A stretch of DNA of 64,000 nt, taken from Takakia lepidozioides. Taxonomy: Eukaryota > Plantae > Bryophyta. Within the stretch, counting starts at the first letter, position 1, and every line of letters begins with the position of its first letter. The notes beneath the pieces are model-generated. The model was given only the letters and a program-made list of their open reading frames with translations, searched no databases and was not told the DNA's origin. Made by a program: the position numbers and the translations under genes. The DNA is taken from NCBI GenBank assembly GCA_030704615.1, contig CM060734.1:14570001-14634000 (forward strand), read 5' to 3'. Positions 12,172 to 24,438 of this stretch are shown here, in pieces.

Positions 12172-15100
12172 GTGGTATCATCGACCGCTCCAACTCATCG
12201 CATGTTTGAATCGCCCAACTTGGGGCGAGAGGGCAAACTTCAACCTTTTGTTGGTGGACGGGAGGACCTGCAGCGAGGGTACGACAGAATAGACATTGGG
12301 GAGGTTGGTGCAGGCGGCATGGCAGGTGAAGGGCGTGAGGACGTGAGGACAGCAGATCCGGCAATGGAGGTTGTTGATGCACATGCAGTAGGGCCTGCCC
12401 ACGCAAAGAAGAAGAAGAAAGCTAATCACATGCAATCCCCGGCGAGAGAGCCGTCACGGGCTGCGGAGGGGGGAGTGAGCAGTGCGCGCGAGGGTGTCAG
12501 TTCTCCTCAATCAAAGGTGGTCGTCCATCCGGGCTCCCCTGCTGCTAGCCCTAGTAAGAAACAGAAAGCCCGTGAGAGGGCAAAAGAGAGGGCAAAAGAA
12601 CAGGCGAGACAGAAGGCTAGCCAGGAGGAAAGAGAAAAGGCCACTGAAAAGGCCAGGGGTGCCCAAATGACAGATGCCAATGTAAGCGAGGGACGCACAG
12701 AGATGGTGGATCCCTCCAAGACACCACAAAGAGGCAGTAACACACCGGTTACACCATCGCGGACAAGAGCAGCCCCCGCAATTACCCATACGGTGGAGAG
12801 TGGAGGAGAGGAAAGAACACCACAAAGAGCACGGATTGTGCAAGTTCGAGGTGAAGCCGGGGAGATGGCAGTAGAGACGGGGAGAGTGCTGGAGGTGGTT
12901 TTGCCGGTGGTTGACCATGTTGAGGAGGACGACACCGAGCTTTTTGACCAGGATGACATCCTCCCGGACATCCCCAGGCCCCAAACCCGCAGCATACAGG
13001 CTGGATTTGGCGGTCCTGGTGGGCTGCCGGAGAACCCCTCTGCAGCAAACGTCATGTCGGAGGCGGATATGAAGTTGGCCGCTGCCAAGATGTTGGAGGC
13101 AACCCACAGCAACATTGGCAGGGTGTTGGGGGGCATGGTGTACCCGGCCAAGCTTCGAATTCCCCTTTGCCGCTTGGTGTCTTTGCAGGTGGTGAGACCT
13201 GCCCTCCCAGGCGATATCGACAAGCTGAAATTCTCTTTCCGGGATGGATATCGAATGGGGTCTGTCGCGTTTTACGTTTCCATTGAGAACGACCACGGAG
13301 CTTCCCGTGCCCACACTTCCGATGAGGTGGACAAATGGGGTCCCCATTGGCAAAGGCGAAATGAGGAGTTCGAGAGATCGATTGTTACTGATCCTCTTTT
13401 CCAGCACTTGTCCGGAAAGATGTTTTACGTGTGGGACGGCAATCATCGCCTCCTGGCATGGATGGAGCACATAGCCGAAGCCCACCCCAACGACCTCGAT
13501 TGGCATTTCGCCGTGGAGTGTGTTGTGCTGAAGGTTGCGGGGCCCAAAGATCGCAGTCTTCTCAAAGCTGCAATGGCGGACATCAACTCGTAAGTTACAA
13601 CGCCTCTTGCTTTTGGACCCATCCGATTGTAAGTCATTTCATTGCGAATCCTCATATTTGTTGTAAATTCCCATTTCAGAATTGTTTGATGGAAATGTGG
13701 CATTGCAGGGTGACTGAGAATGCCTTCATTGCCACCAACTTGTCCCATATGCTCTTCCGAGTGAAGGATGTCGGGAAGCAGGGGGTGCAAGAGTTTGCCA
13801 AGTCGCTCAGTGCCGACCTCATGCGCAAGTCGGAGGCAAAGGCAGACAGAACCTGGTGTAGGCTGAGCATGGACGCCATGGTGGACTACATATTTCGGGT
13901 AAAGCTCCTGACTGTTTTGTTGAGCTAATCTGTCTCTCCTCCCCCAATAGAAGAAAAAGTGTTGAGCAGGATCTCTAATCTTATGTGCGCATTCTTGACA
14001 GACGAAAATTCAGCAGGATTTGGCACATGCGTGGAGGTTCTACATGGAGTCAGAGGAGAAGAATCTAACCCTCCCGGCACTCAAATCGTATCTCAAAGCT
14101 GCGGAGGCTAGGGCCCGCATAAAGTACAAGTCGCGGATGGTAAAGTACGTGGCCATAGCTGATCCCGCCCTTGGTGCCGACTTTCTGGTGGAGGTGGGGA
14201 AGCACTACTCCCGCGCTCTGAAGCCCATGATGACATTGGAGAAGCTCCATCGTCTAGCCACATCCTGTGTGGATGGTGCAGAAAAGGTGATACATTCTTA
14301 ACCAAATTGTGGTGGCAACAACTCGTTTTTGTGGTGTTTGGCGCTTACGAATATGCTGGGTGGTTGGACAGACCCGGTGGCTCCAAATCTGGAATGGTTC
14401 CCAAAGTACAAGGGACATGTGGAGCTTCCCCAAACCGGACAAACTGTCTGACCCGACATTCGACATGTGGATGAACCGCATGACATGGTGGTTTCAGGTA
14501 CTTCCCCACGCTTCGTTTGGCGCTTCTACTCTTGTAGGGGGTGGATTCATTGTATTTTTTCAGCAATGTGATCTAATGGAGAATCTCCACAGGTGACGAC
14601 GAATGCGCAAGAGCAGCTGGACACACAAGCACATCAGTTCAAGATGGAGATTTTTCCTGCAGCAGAGAGCCTACACGACTATGTGACGAGGTACTTTCTG
14701 CTCTACAAAACCGACCTATTCTTTCGGGAGATACCACATGCCCGCCGGAGCCACGAGTTCACCGACCAGCCGAACGCGGACAAAGCAGCAATGTGCCTTC
14801 TGTACAGGTACATACGCGATGCCTTCCTTTCAGTCCTTGCATTTTTCGCCAAATTTCCAGATCATGGCTCTGAAAATGGCTAAGTCCCTAGGGTGGCCGG
14901 CCCTGAACTGGCAATTCGGCGCCATTTTTCCAGGTCAAGGCCATATGGGACTTAGCCATTTTCGGGCCGGACCTAGAAAAATGGCTAAGTCCCTAGGGTG
15001 GCTGGCCCTGAACTGGAAATTTGGCGCCATTTTTCCAGTTCTGGGCCCTATTGCCGTTCTGGGACTTAGCCATTTTCGGGCCGGACCTGGGAAAATGGCG

Positions 15101-15900
15101 CCGAATTTCCAGTCAGGGCTCCGAAAATGGTTAAGTCCCTAGGGTGGCTCGCCCTGAACTGGAAATTCGGCGCCATTTTTCCAGTTCTGGGCCCTATTGC
15201 CCTTGTGGGACTTAGCCATTTTTGGGCCGGACCTGGGAAAATGGCGCCGAATTTCCAGTCAAGGCTCCGAAAATGGCTAAGTCCCTAGGATGGCTGGCCC
15301 TGAACTGGAAATTCGGCGCCATTTTTCCAGTTCTAGGCCCTATTGCCGTTTTGGGACTTAGCCATCTTCGGGCCAAACCGGGAAAAATGGCGCCAAATTT
15401 CCAGTTCAGGGCTCCCAAGATGGCTAAGTCCCTAGGGTGGCAGTCACCGAAAACCGAAATTCGGCGCCTTTTTTCCATTTCTAGGCCTACTCAGATCCGC
15501 CCCAACCTGGGAAAATGGTGCCAAATTTGCAGTTCAGGGACCTCATTGTGTTTTTCATGAATGCAGGTACTGCAAGTTCTCCCTTTTGGAGAAAGGTCAT
15601 CTGTCTTTCGAGCCACCATTCTTCCTGGCATGGAGGAACCCTGGGGCTGACTCCATAGAGAGAGGAAGTAGCGGGGAAGGGGAAGGAGATGGTCGTGGAG
15701 AAGGGGAAAGAAAAGAAGAAGTCTCCCTTCTCTCTCTCTCCTCGGCAGCCCCTTCATTGATGGTAAAAGGGATCTCGGGAGATCGAGGCCTCTTCTTCTT
15801 ACCTTTGGTGTTCGGGTCCTTCATAAACACCATGTGCTCTCCCTCATTGGCAACCCCACTGGACTGCACCAATGAGGCTAGTCATGTTGCTGCCTCCTGA
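12172..15900 (+). CDS. Spliced ParB/Sulfiredoxin-fold protein with long basic/low-complexity N-terminus (putative NLS KKKKK); TE accessory gene
   Basis: IPLCRLVSLQVVRP...FYVWDGNHRLLAW...AAMADIN (ParB-like box I / GxxRxxA / N). In-frame GT-AG introns 13590-13708, 13899-14001, 14287-14371, 14498-14592 and 14808-15566 give one continuous ORF. True start (possible upstream exons from 11470) and 3' end are uncertain. Confidence 0.75.
14870..15540. repeat. Array 5: ~148-bp internally palindromic unit inside intron 5 of the ParB-like gene
   Basis: aaaatggctaagtccctagg...ggaaattcggcgccatttttcc...gggacttagccatttt...aaaatggcgccgaatttcc repeated about 4.5 times; related to array 1. Confidence 0.9.
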
Positions 15901-16812
15901 AGACAGATAAGCCCTCCAAATTCAAAAAAAGAAACAATCAACAAATAAAATCATGCATGCAAAGGAAAGGATAAATCATGGAACAAGGTGCGACAGTTGT
16001 ACCTTTGCAAGCTTGTCCAACTCGCCCCTGGTGTCACCCAATGTGGGAGGAGTCCCCGTTTCCGAATGTGCCTGCTCTATCCCCTCCCGGAGCGCCACTG
16101 GAAGTAGATTCCAGATGTGGAGCATAGCCGGCGCCCGTGCCCCGTAGTCCAGGCCCTTCTTTGCTGACCGCTCAGGCTCAGGGGGCGGTGTCGCTGATTG
16201 GCTAGACTGCTCCAAACCGGCCCATACCTCCTCCTCTCCCCCCCCCAAATGCGTATCAGGGTAGAAGCCCTCACCCGGCTTGACTTCTTCGAGGCGCTTC
16301 GCTATCTTGGCCACTTCATTGGCCCTCCTCGTCTCCTCCTCCCTCATCGACAACAATGGGCTGGCAATGGAGGCTTTCAAAGGCCCTTGAACCTGACATT
16401 GGGCCTTGGCAAGTGCAGCCTTTGTTGCGGAGGAAGGGGTCGCTATGGGGGTGACATCCAAAAGGTGCCCATACCGGGCCCCCGAATGGGTGATGTGCTT
16501 GCCAAGGTACATTTCACCCGTCTTGGCGGCCGGGGGTGTGCTCAACTGAGCATCCGGCTCAGCAACAACCTCCAGGATAGGAGAGCTGGCTGAGCCGGCC
16601 CCTGGTGCATCCAAGATGTGGACAAGAGGGGGGGTACTGGCCTCGAGGGGCAGACGAGCCCTCCGGCTGCGGCTGCTGACGGGGCTGGTTATCCGTGAGA
16701 CACCCTGGCGCGTCACACGTGCCGGCAGAGCAAACGGATTGTCCGCCCCTTTCTTTGGGGCAGGGGACTTCTTCTCTTTCCCCATAAGCTGGCACCTGTT
16801 ATGCAAACCCAC
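15597..16812 (-). CDS. Unknown spliced basic/Pro-rich protein (probable TE accessory)
   Basis: ORF 15976-16812 plus downstream exon 15597-15895; a splice donor follows ...DKLAK. No recognisable domain. Confidence 0.4.
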
Positions 16813-17042
16813 AAGTTGGCCTCATTAGGAACATTCCATATCAAAAACAAAAAAAACCAAGCATGTCGGGGGCTGAGAGCAGCAAGTGCTCGGGGTCTCG
16901 AGAGGGGGCAACAAAGAGAAAAGAAAAAGGTGGGGGGGGGGGGGGGGAAGTGACTGAGCACCACCAGCAGCTGCTGAGCACCACGGGCTCAGTCACTCTC
17001 CCCCCCCCCGCCCCTCATTTTTTTTTTTTTTGGTTTCCTGAT

Positions 17043-18789
17043 CTCTCCCTCTCTCCCTCTCCCTCTATAAATCTTTGGATTTCATCTGGCCTTAACCTTT
17101 TGAGGTTATTTAGTTTTTCATCCCTGCCTTTTTCATCCAAATCTGGATGATTTTATTTTATTGGATGATGAAACTTAATATACAGAAAGCTAGAGTTACC
17201 ATCTATTTTTTTCATCTAAACTGGATGATCTACATAAATAATGGTTACCTATTATAAAATCCAAGAGAATAATAAAACTACCGTCATAAATGATGGCAGT
17301 TATTAAACCTAAACCTATACCATAACCCTAAAAGATACATTTCTATGGGATGTCATCCAGTGACAAAATGCCTATCTTGGTAAAATGTGATATTTCATCC
17401 ATCCTGGATGAAAAATCGGGAAGTTTTGCCCTAAGCAGGCCGACACACTTCAAGCACTGAACTCGTGCTTCAGTGAACCTTGATGATGCGCCGTATAAAC
17501 CTGCTCCCCTGCTGCTACATGGTACTCGTGATTGCTGGCTCTTGGGATGCGCAGTGGTGGTTAAACAGATTCTTCTATGGCAGACGACAAAGCCGTGATT
17601 GCTCTGATCAGGAACTCATGGTTCTTTATTTTGCAGCGGCGCTTTTACTCCTTGTTGGGAAGTATTCTATCCCTATCTACAGATTACTTGTTGCTCTCTC
17701 TTCGTGTATGAGCCACTCTCTAGCTGTGAACGCTTCTACTCTGATTGCGTTCTGTTGGAGACAATCTGTTGGACGCCATGGCGCAGGGCATACCACAAAC
17801 ACTCAAGGTTTTTTGAGTTTACCATTGCTTGAATTGTGATCTGTACTTGCTTTAGAATTCAACACTGACATGGATAGCAACTGTGAAGACCTGCCACTTA
17901 CCTGCTGCATCCTCACTAACACACATCGCTATGTGGTGGTTTTTGGGACGGGCACAGGTGAGGGTCTTCACTTGTCTTGATTTCTTGAAGCTTGCAGTTC
18001 CTGTTCTTGCAAGTGTGGATAATGCTGCTGCCTAAGCTGCTGATGCCATCTACTGTTTCAAACTGCCACCATGCCGCTTCAGACCTGCTCCAAGATTGCT
18101 CCAATGAGGATCTGTTTCTCTCCTTACCCCTATTTACGGTTTTTTACAACCACATTTGCATGTGTAGGAGTTTAGCTATGAAGGATACAAGGATACAAAA
18201 TAGCAGTTATTACTTTGACTGCCTTGATACTTGGCTCTGAAATGAGAACTCTTGGTATGACTCTGATGGATCAAAAGGATAGGCTTTGATAGATAACACA
18301 CATTCTTCAAGGCCCTCATATCATTTTGGTTTCATGGCTTGATAACAAACTGGGGTTTCTGAGCTGCTCTTTCACCTTGGCAGAACTACTTTATGTGGCC
18401 TTAAAATACCATTCTAGGCCTATACCTGCTTAAGGGGGCTCTACACTGTTGTTTCTTCTTCCTTTTTAAGAATCTTGCTTATATCTTGGTTCTAAAACAT
18501 CATCTTCAAACCAAACCTGCAATCTGGTTTTTGAAATGAGTTTAAAATGGATTCTTGAGATGATGATGTGTACTATGGTGCTTTCATGATATGAATGACC
18601 TGGAATCCCACCCTCCCTTCCTGTTTTTTCAGAGATCCTTAAATGTAATTGGGTATTCAAATGAGATTGTAAACATGAAAGAGAATGATAGATGGTGCCC
18701 TGTAAAGGGCTGTTTTGTCTTTCAATGACAATGACCTTAGCGGTCTTGTCCATGTCTTGACATGACATGTATATCTTCTCTCTCCCTCT
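17043..18789 (+). mobile_element. 1.73-kb repeat copy R1
   Basis: Starts ctctccctctctccctctccctctata, ends ggtcttgtccatgtcttgacatgacatgtatatcttctctct; head-to-tail with R2. Confidence 0.9.
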
Positions 18790-20504
18790 ATAACTCTTTG
18801 GATTTCATCTGACCTTAACCTTTTGAGGTTATTTAGTTTTTCATCCCAGCCTTTTTCATCCAAATTTGGATGATTTTATTATAGGGTGATGAAACTTAAT
18901 GTACAGAAAGCTGGATTTACCATCTATTTCTTTCATCTAAACTGGATGATCTACATAAATAATGGTTACCTATTATAAAATCCAAGAGAATAATAAAACT
19001 ACCATCATAAATGATGGCAGTTATTAAACCTAAGCCTATACCATAACCCTAAAAGATACATTTCTATGGGATGTCATCCATTGACAAGGTGCCTCTCTTG
19101 GTAAAATGTGATTTTCATCCACCCTGGATGAAAATTTTTGCCCTAAGCAGGCTGACACACTTCACAGCACTGAACTTGTGCTTCAGTGAACCTTGATGAT
19201 GCGCCGTATAAACCTGCTCCCCTGCTGCTACATGGTACTCGTGATGGCTGGCTCTTGGGATGCGCATTGGTGGTTGAACAGATTCTTCTCTGGCAGACGA
19301 CAAAGCGGTGATCGCTTTGATCAGAAACTCATGGTTCTTTTTTTTGCAGCGGCGCTTTTACTCCTTGTTGGGAAGTACTCTATCCCTATTTATCTACAGA
19401 TTACATGTTGCTCTCTCTTTGTGTATGAGCCATTCTCTATCTGTGAACGCTTCTACTCTGATTGCGTTCTATTGGAGACGATCTGTTGGATGCCATGGCG
19501 CAGGGCATACCACAAACACTCAAGGTTTTTTGAGTTTACCCTTGCTTGAATTGTGATCTGTACTTGCTTTAGAATTCAACACTGACATGGATAGCAACTG
19601 TGAAGACCTGCCATTTACCTGCTGCATCCTCACTAACACACATCGCTATGTGGTGGTTTTTGGGACGGGCACAGGTGAGGGTCTTCACTTGTCTTGATTT
19701 CTTGAAAGCTTGCAGCTCCTGTTCTTGCAAATGTGGATTCTGCTGCTGCCTATGCTACTGATGCCATCTACTGTTTCAAACTGCCACCATGCCGCTTCAG
19801 ACCTGCTCCAAGATGGCTCCAATGAGGATCTGCTTCTCTCCTTACCCCTGTTTCTGGTTTTTTACAACCACATTTGCATGTGTAGGAGTTAAGCTATGAA
19901 GGATACAAGGATACAAAATAGCAGTTATTACTCTAACTGCCTTGATACTTGGCTCTGAAATCAAACTTCTTGGTATGACTCTGATGGATCAAAAGGATAG
20001 GCTTTGATAGATAACACACATTCTTCAAGGCCCTCATAGCATTTTGGTTTCATGGCTTGATAACAAACTGGGGTTTCTGAGCTGCTCTTTCACCTTGGCA
20101 GAACTACTTTATGAGGCCTTAAAATACCATTCTAGGCCTATACCCGCTTAAGGGGGCTCTACCCTTTTGTTTCTTCTTTCTTTTTTAAGAATCTTGCTTA
20201 TATCTTGGTTCTAAAACATCATCTTCAAACCAAACCTGCAATCTGGTTATTGAAATGAGTTTGAAATGAATTTTTGAGATGATGATGCATACTATGGTGC
20301 TTTCATGATATGAATGACCTGGAATCCCACCCTCCCGCCCTGTTTTTTCAGAGACCCTGAAATGTAATGGGGTATTCAAATGAGATTGTAAACATGAAAG
20401 GGAATGTTAGATGGTGCCCTGTAAAGGGCTGTTTTGTCTTTCAATGACAATGACCTTAGCGGTCTTGTCCATGTCTTGACATGACATGTATATCTTCCCT
20501 CTCT
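18778..20504 (+). mobile_element. 1.73-kb repeat copy R2
   Basis: Colinear with R1 and nearly identical to R3. Confidence 0.9.
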
Positions 20505-20616
20505 TTATTTGATCAGTGTACTTAGTGGTTTTTGTACACACCATCTACCCTTACCCTTCTCCTTTTCACCTTCTCATTTTGATATATTGACAAATGTTCT
20601 CGGGGGGCTTTGACAG

Positions 20617-22217
20617 AAAGTCACCAAAGGAGGTCCTAGCTGGAATGAGGACCTCATAGCCCTGGGGTATCAGTCCCCACTACCTCCTCCAATTCCTGCT
20701 GTGCAGGCAACCCTCGCACAAGTCACACCAAGTGACTTCCATGCTGCATTGCAAAAGATGGATACTGAGGTTGTGGAAAATTCAGATGATGAAAACCCCT
20801 TGGCTTTGGAAAATTGGGTGGCACTTGGCATTATGGCAAATAAGAATGGCAGGTACCTAGAGAAGCTCCAGGAATTCAATACTAAAATGATTGAGGTACT
20901 GGAAGATGATGCCGAGGAGCTGATACAATGGGAAAAGAAGGGATCAGCCATTGAGGCAGCTCTTAGAATGGCGAACCCAGAAGATGACCAGACTGTCTCC
21001 ACGCAGAAATCTACAAACACATCTGAAAAAGACTTCATCCCTTCTGTAAGTAATCACCCAATCCTTGGGCACATGATTTTACCGGATGAAGAAAAAGAGG
21101 CAGTGAGAGAATTTTGTGAACAAGTAGAAATCTCACAAGTGGAACAAGAAAGGGCAGCAGGTGCCACTCCTGGAAATCTGCAGTTTGTCCCTTGGTTGCC
21201 TCCCCGTGCAGTTGAATTAGAGGTTGCCAATAACGACCACATGATGTGGCACCCACATGCTAATATCAATTTATTGGCACCCATTTCTATTGAAATGTGG
21301 GTCAAATGGGGCAACGTAACTCCTGCTGAACGCAGTAGATGTGCACAAGATGCTAAGGAGGGTTTTCAGAGAATAAAAAAGGAACCTATTGTTGTGGCAT
21401 GGCCACTAAGGACCTTCTACTACAAGCTCTGTGACAAAGGTGAGAACCTTACCTTGAGGACCAAAAATGACTTGCCGACTGGTTCGGCCAGATCCAAAAA
21501 TCACAAGAGTCAACTCTTCAACTGGCATCGTCCCTACATAAGATGTAACTATGGACAAGGAGGGGCACCCTCTTCTTGCATTGGGAGTGTTGCTTGGTTT
21601 GACCATATGGTATGGTATATGCTGAACAATCTGATTGTGTTCTTCCCTGATGATGCCTATCCTTCGGTGCAAACCAAGTATTACAGCTTTCTGGTGTGGA
21701 TCATGGGGCTGCCAGATCTGCTGTACTTGCACAAATTATCTTCCAGATGACCCGGGGCTTCATAATGGAAGCAGCTCGTGAATTCTCAATTGACCCACAA
21801 GCCAAGTTGCTTGGGAAGTTAGGAGAATCCAAGGGGGCCAGATACATTGAGAAACTTGTGAAACCTGGGTCTTTTTAAGACAGCCTTCCCAGGCCACAAT
21901 TCAATAGCTACAAACGGCAGCGTATGGAGGGGCAGACGCCTCCTCAACAAGGCAAGAACAATGCCACTCGAGGCAGAGGCACCCCTGGTCGTGGAAGAGG
22001 TCTCTACCAAAGAGGAGGACGCTCTGGCAGGGGACAATACTCTACCAACGCCTCTGAGAATTCAAGAGCAACGAATCGGTCATCACTTGGGGGTTCGGGT
22101 GCTAATTCTAGTACCACCATCAACATCGCCAGCCAGGAGTCATACAAGACTCGTCGTATCACTGATGAGTTCTCCCCAATACGCAAACAAGATTTTGGAT
22201 CATGGACAGATTTTTAA
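20617..22217 (+). CDS. ORF1 of Penelope-like element (helical N-terminus, RGG-rich C-terminal part; frame-disrupted)
   Basis: Frame opens after a tttgacag acceptor-like site at 20616; ORFs 20701-21750, 21696-21878 and 21924-22217 (RGRGTPGRGRG...GGRSGRG). Confidence 0.5.
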
Positions 22218-24438
22218 AAATCTCATTTTTGGTATGTTCCTCTACTTTGTATGTGCAGATGCGTTGTTTGGTCTTGAGGATGGTTGCAGACAAATTGAAA
22301 CTCATGCCCATGGCAGGAAATTCATAAAACAGGCAGCAAAACCTACTCCCTTGGGATTCATTCATATGTTGTACCCAAACCGTGGTATGGAGTGGATAAA
22401 CCCTAGGAACTTGATAAAAGAAGCTTTTTTGGAATTTGGACAAAATGACTTGGCTATTCTCATCGATGAGATAGTTTTTGGATGGACATATCATAAACAA
22501 AGCAGCTCTGAATACTATCAGCCTGCTGCTGTTTTCCGTGATTTTTGCTTTATGCAAGACCTGATTCACTCACCAGATTGTCTATGTGACAGTGCCAAGA
22601 GGTTTCATGATTTTCCGGATGTGGATACAAAAACAGAATTCCATCTATCTGGTTCTACACCTACGCAACACGTACGTACCATGGACCTGAATATTATTAG
22701 ACACACAAGGCTGAAAGAACTATTCAGCCTAGGTATGAATCACATCCCTCTCAAATGTACTTTGCTGAAAGACGTTGTTGAACAAGTGTCTTTGGCTTTC
22801 CACAGAACCTGTGAAATTTTACATGTAGACCCATGTGAATCTTGGGCCGCAACCTGCAGCCAATGGGTAAAAAACACATGCTGGGATAGATTGAAACAAA
22901 AAGCCGGCAGAGGAAGGTACGACTTCACTCACCATGAGCGCAATCCTCTTACTGTAAAAGAGGCAAAAGATGAACTTTCATGGCTTCTCAATCACCTGTA
23001 TTTTTCTGGTCTTGACAAGGCTAACAACAACGTATGTTTTATGTGTGTAAAGCACATAAGAACTCAAGCCTTCCACAGATTGATGGGTAAAGACTTTACA
23101 CCATGCAAGCAAGCTGAGGTATGGCTGCCACCTGACCTTGTTCTAGGAAACATTTCCGTGGAAATACAGAGTCTGATTCCGGAGATACCTGCTCCCTCCT
23201 ATAGACTACCTTACATTATGGGAATCTACAAGCTACATAAGAAAAAATACAGATGGATTACCAATGCCCATAAATGTGTTTTCAGTGAACTAGCTAGCCT
23301 TCTTACAAGGGCTACCATGGATCTTCTACCATTGGTAAAAGAATGGGCCAAGACAAGGCTGGATACTTATGAGCAATTTTTCAAAGTATCTACTGCTATG
23401 TATTGGATTATTGACTCCATCACTGACTTTACACTAAACCTGCCTGAAAAAGTCCATAACATCTTTGTTGCTGACATTACACAATGCTATGAGAACATAC
23501 CTTTGACAGGACAGGATAACTTAGGGGACGCCATTGAATACGTGGTGAAGATTGCATTCCAGCAACACCATCGGTCTCACCCCCGAGCACGTCATACTCT
23601 ATGGATTCCAGCCAAAAACGGTACTTTCGGAAAAAGTAGATGGGGCACGTCTTCCCCAAAATCAGGTACCTGGATTGAACTTTCTGAAGTCAAGCTACTT
23701 ATGCTCCACAAATGGCTTATGTCACACTGTTTTGTCGCCTTAGGGGACCGTGTGTGGCAGCAGATTTCTGGAATACCTATGGGTTTTTCATGCTCACCAT
23801 TATGGTGCAACATGTACTTCCTTTCTTATGAAATCAAATTCATCTTAAGGCTTGCAGCTTTAGGACAATTCCAGCTTATGCCTATGTTTAAATCTGCCTT
23901 CAGATACATTGATGATATATGCTGGCTGAATGTGGGTGATGCAATGCTATTCCTGGACCCATGGGCAGACAGAAGCAGCAACAACCCTTGGTGGATCTAC
24001 CCACTCAATGTAGTGGAGATCAAACCTGAGCTACTACGCACTAAAACCGATTCCCAATACGTGGGGTTGGAAGCTTGTTTCATGAATATCCAGATTACAG
24101 TCTCAAACAGTGACACAGGTGAGTTCCATTTCCAGAAATATGACAAGAGAAGACTACTTCCTTTCTCTTACACTCAATATATCCAGTTCTTATCCAATAG
24201 GCCTGTGAATCAATCTTATAACATTGTGATTTCACAAGCTGTGCCTATTCTATACATTTCCAGCAATGCTGATTTGGTTGGGAAGGAGTGTAGCATTCTG
24301 ATTAACACTCTTGGGAGGAATGGTTTCAAGACCAGAAAACTTGCTCGTATCTTGACAAAATTCCTTGAACGTGGTTCATTCCCTGGCCTGCTCTTCCCTG
24401 TACAAGAGCTTATTGAGAAACTGAAAGGTACTTTCTAA
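21961..24438 (+). CDS. Penelope-like reverse transcriptase (Naiad/Chlamys-like), no GIY-YIG detected
   Basis: CLC...HVRTMDLNII...GMNHIP, LDKANNNVCFMC, KLHKKKYRWI, ADITQCYENIP, QISGIPMGFSCSP, FRYIDDI, thumb YDKRR...SNRP...ISQ. Confidence 0.85.
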   Translation: MPLEAEAPLVVEEVSTKEEDALAGDNTLPTPLRIQEQRIGHHLGVRVLILVPPSTSPARSHTRLVVSLMSSPQYANKILDHGQIFKNLIFGMFLYFVCADALFGLEDGCRQIETHAHGRKFIKQAAKPTPLGFIHMLYPNRGMEWINPRNLIKEAFLEFGQNDLAILIDEIVFGWTYHKQSSSEYYQPAAVFRDFCFMQDLIHSPDCLCDSAKRFHDFPDVDTKTEFHLSGSTPTQHVRTMDLNIIRHTRLKELFSLGMNHIPLKCTLLKDVVEQVSLAFHRTCEILHVDPCESWAATCSQWVKNTCWDRLKQKAGRGRYDFTHHERNPLTVKEAKDELSWLLNHLYFSGLDKANNNVCFMCVKHIRTQAFHRLMGKDFTPCKQAEVWLPPDLVLGNISVEIQSLIPEIPAPSYRLPYIMGIYKLHKKKYRWITNAHKCVFSELASLLTRATMDLLPLVKEWAKTRLDTYEQFFKVSTAMYWIIDSITDFTLNLPEKVHNIFVADITQCYENIPLTGQDNLGDAIEYVVKIAFQQHHRSHPRARHTLWIPAKNGTFGKSRWGTSSPKSGTWIELSEVKLLMLHKWLMSHCFVALGDRVWQQISGIPMGFSCSPLWCNMYFLSYEIKFILRLAALGQFQLMPMFKSAFRYIDDICWLNVGDAMLFLDPWADRSSNNPWWIYPLNVVEIKPELLRTKTDSQYVGLEACFMNIQITVSNSDTGEFHFQKYDKRRLLPFSYTQYIQFLSNRPVNQSYNIVISQAVPILYISSNADLVGKECSILINTLGRNGFKTRKLARILTKFLERGSFPGLLFPVQELIEKLKGTF

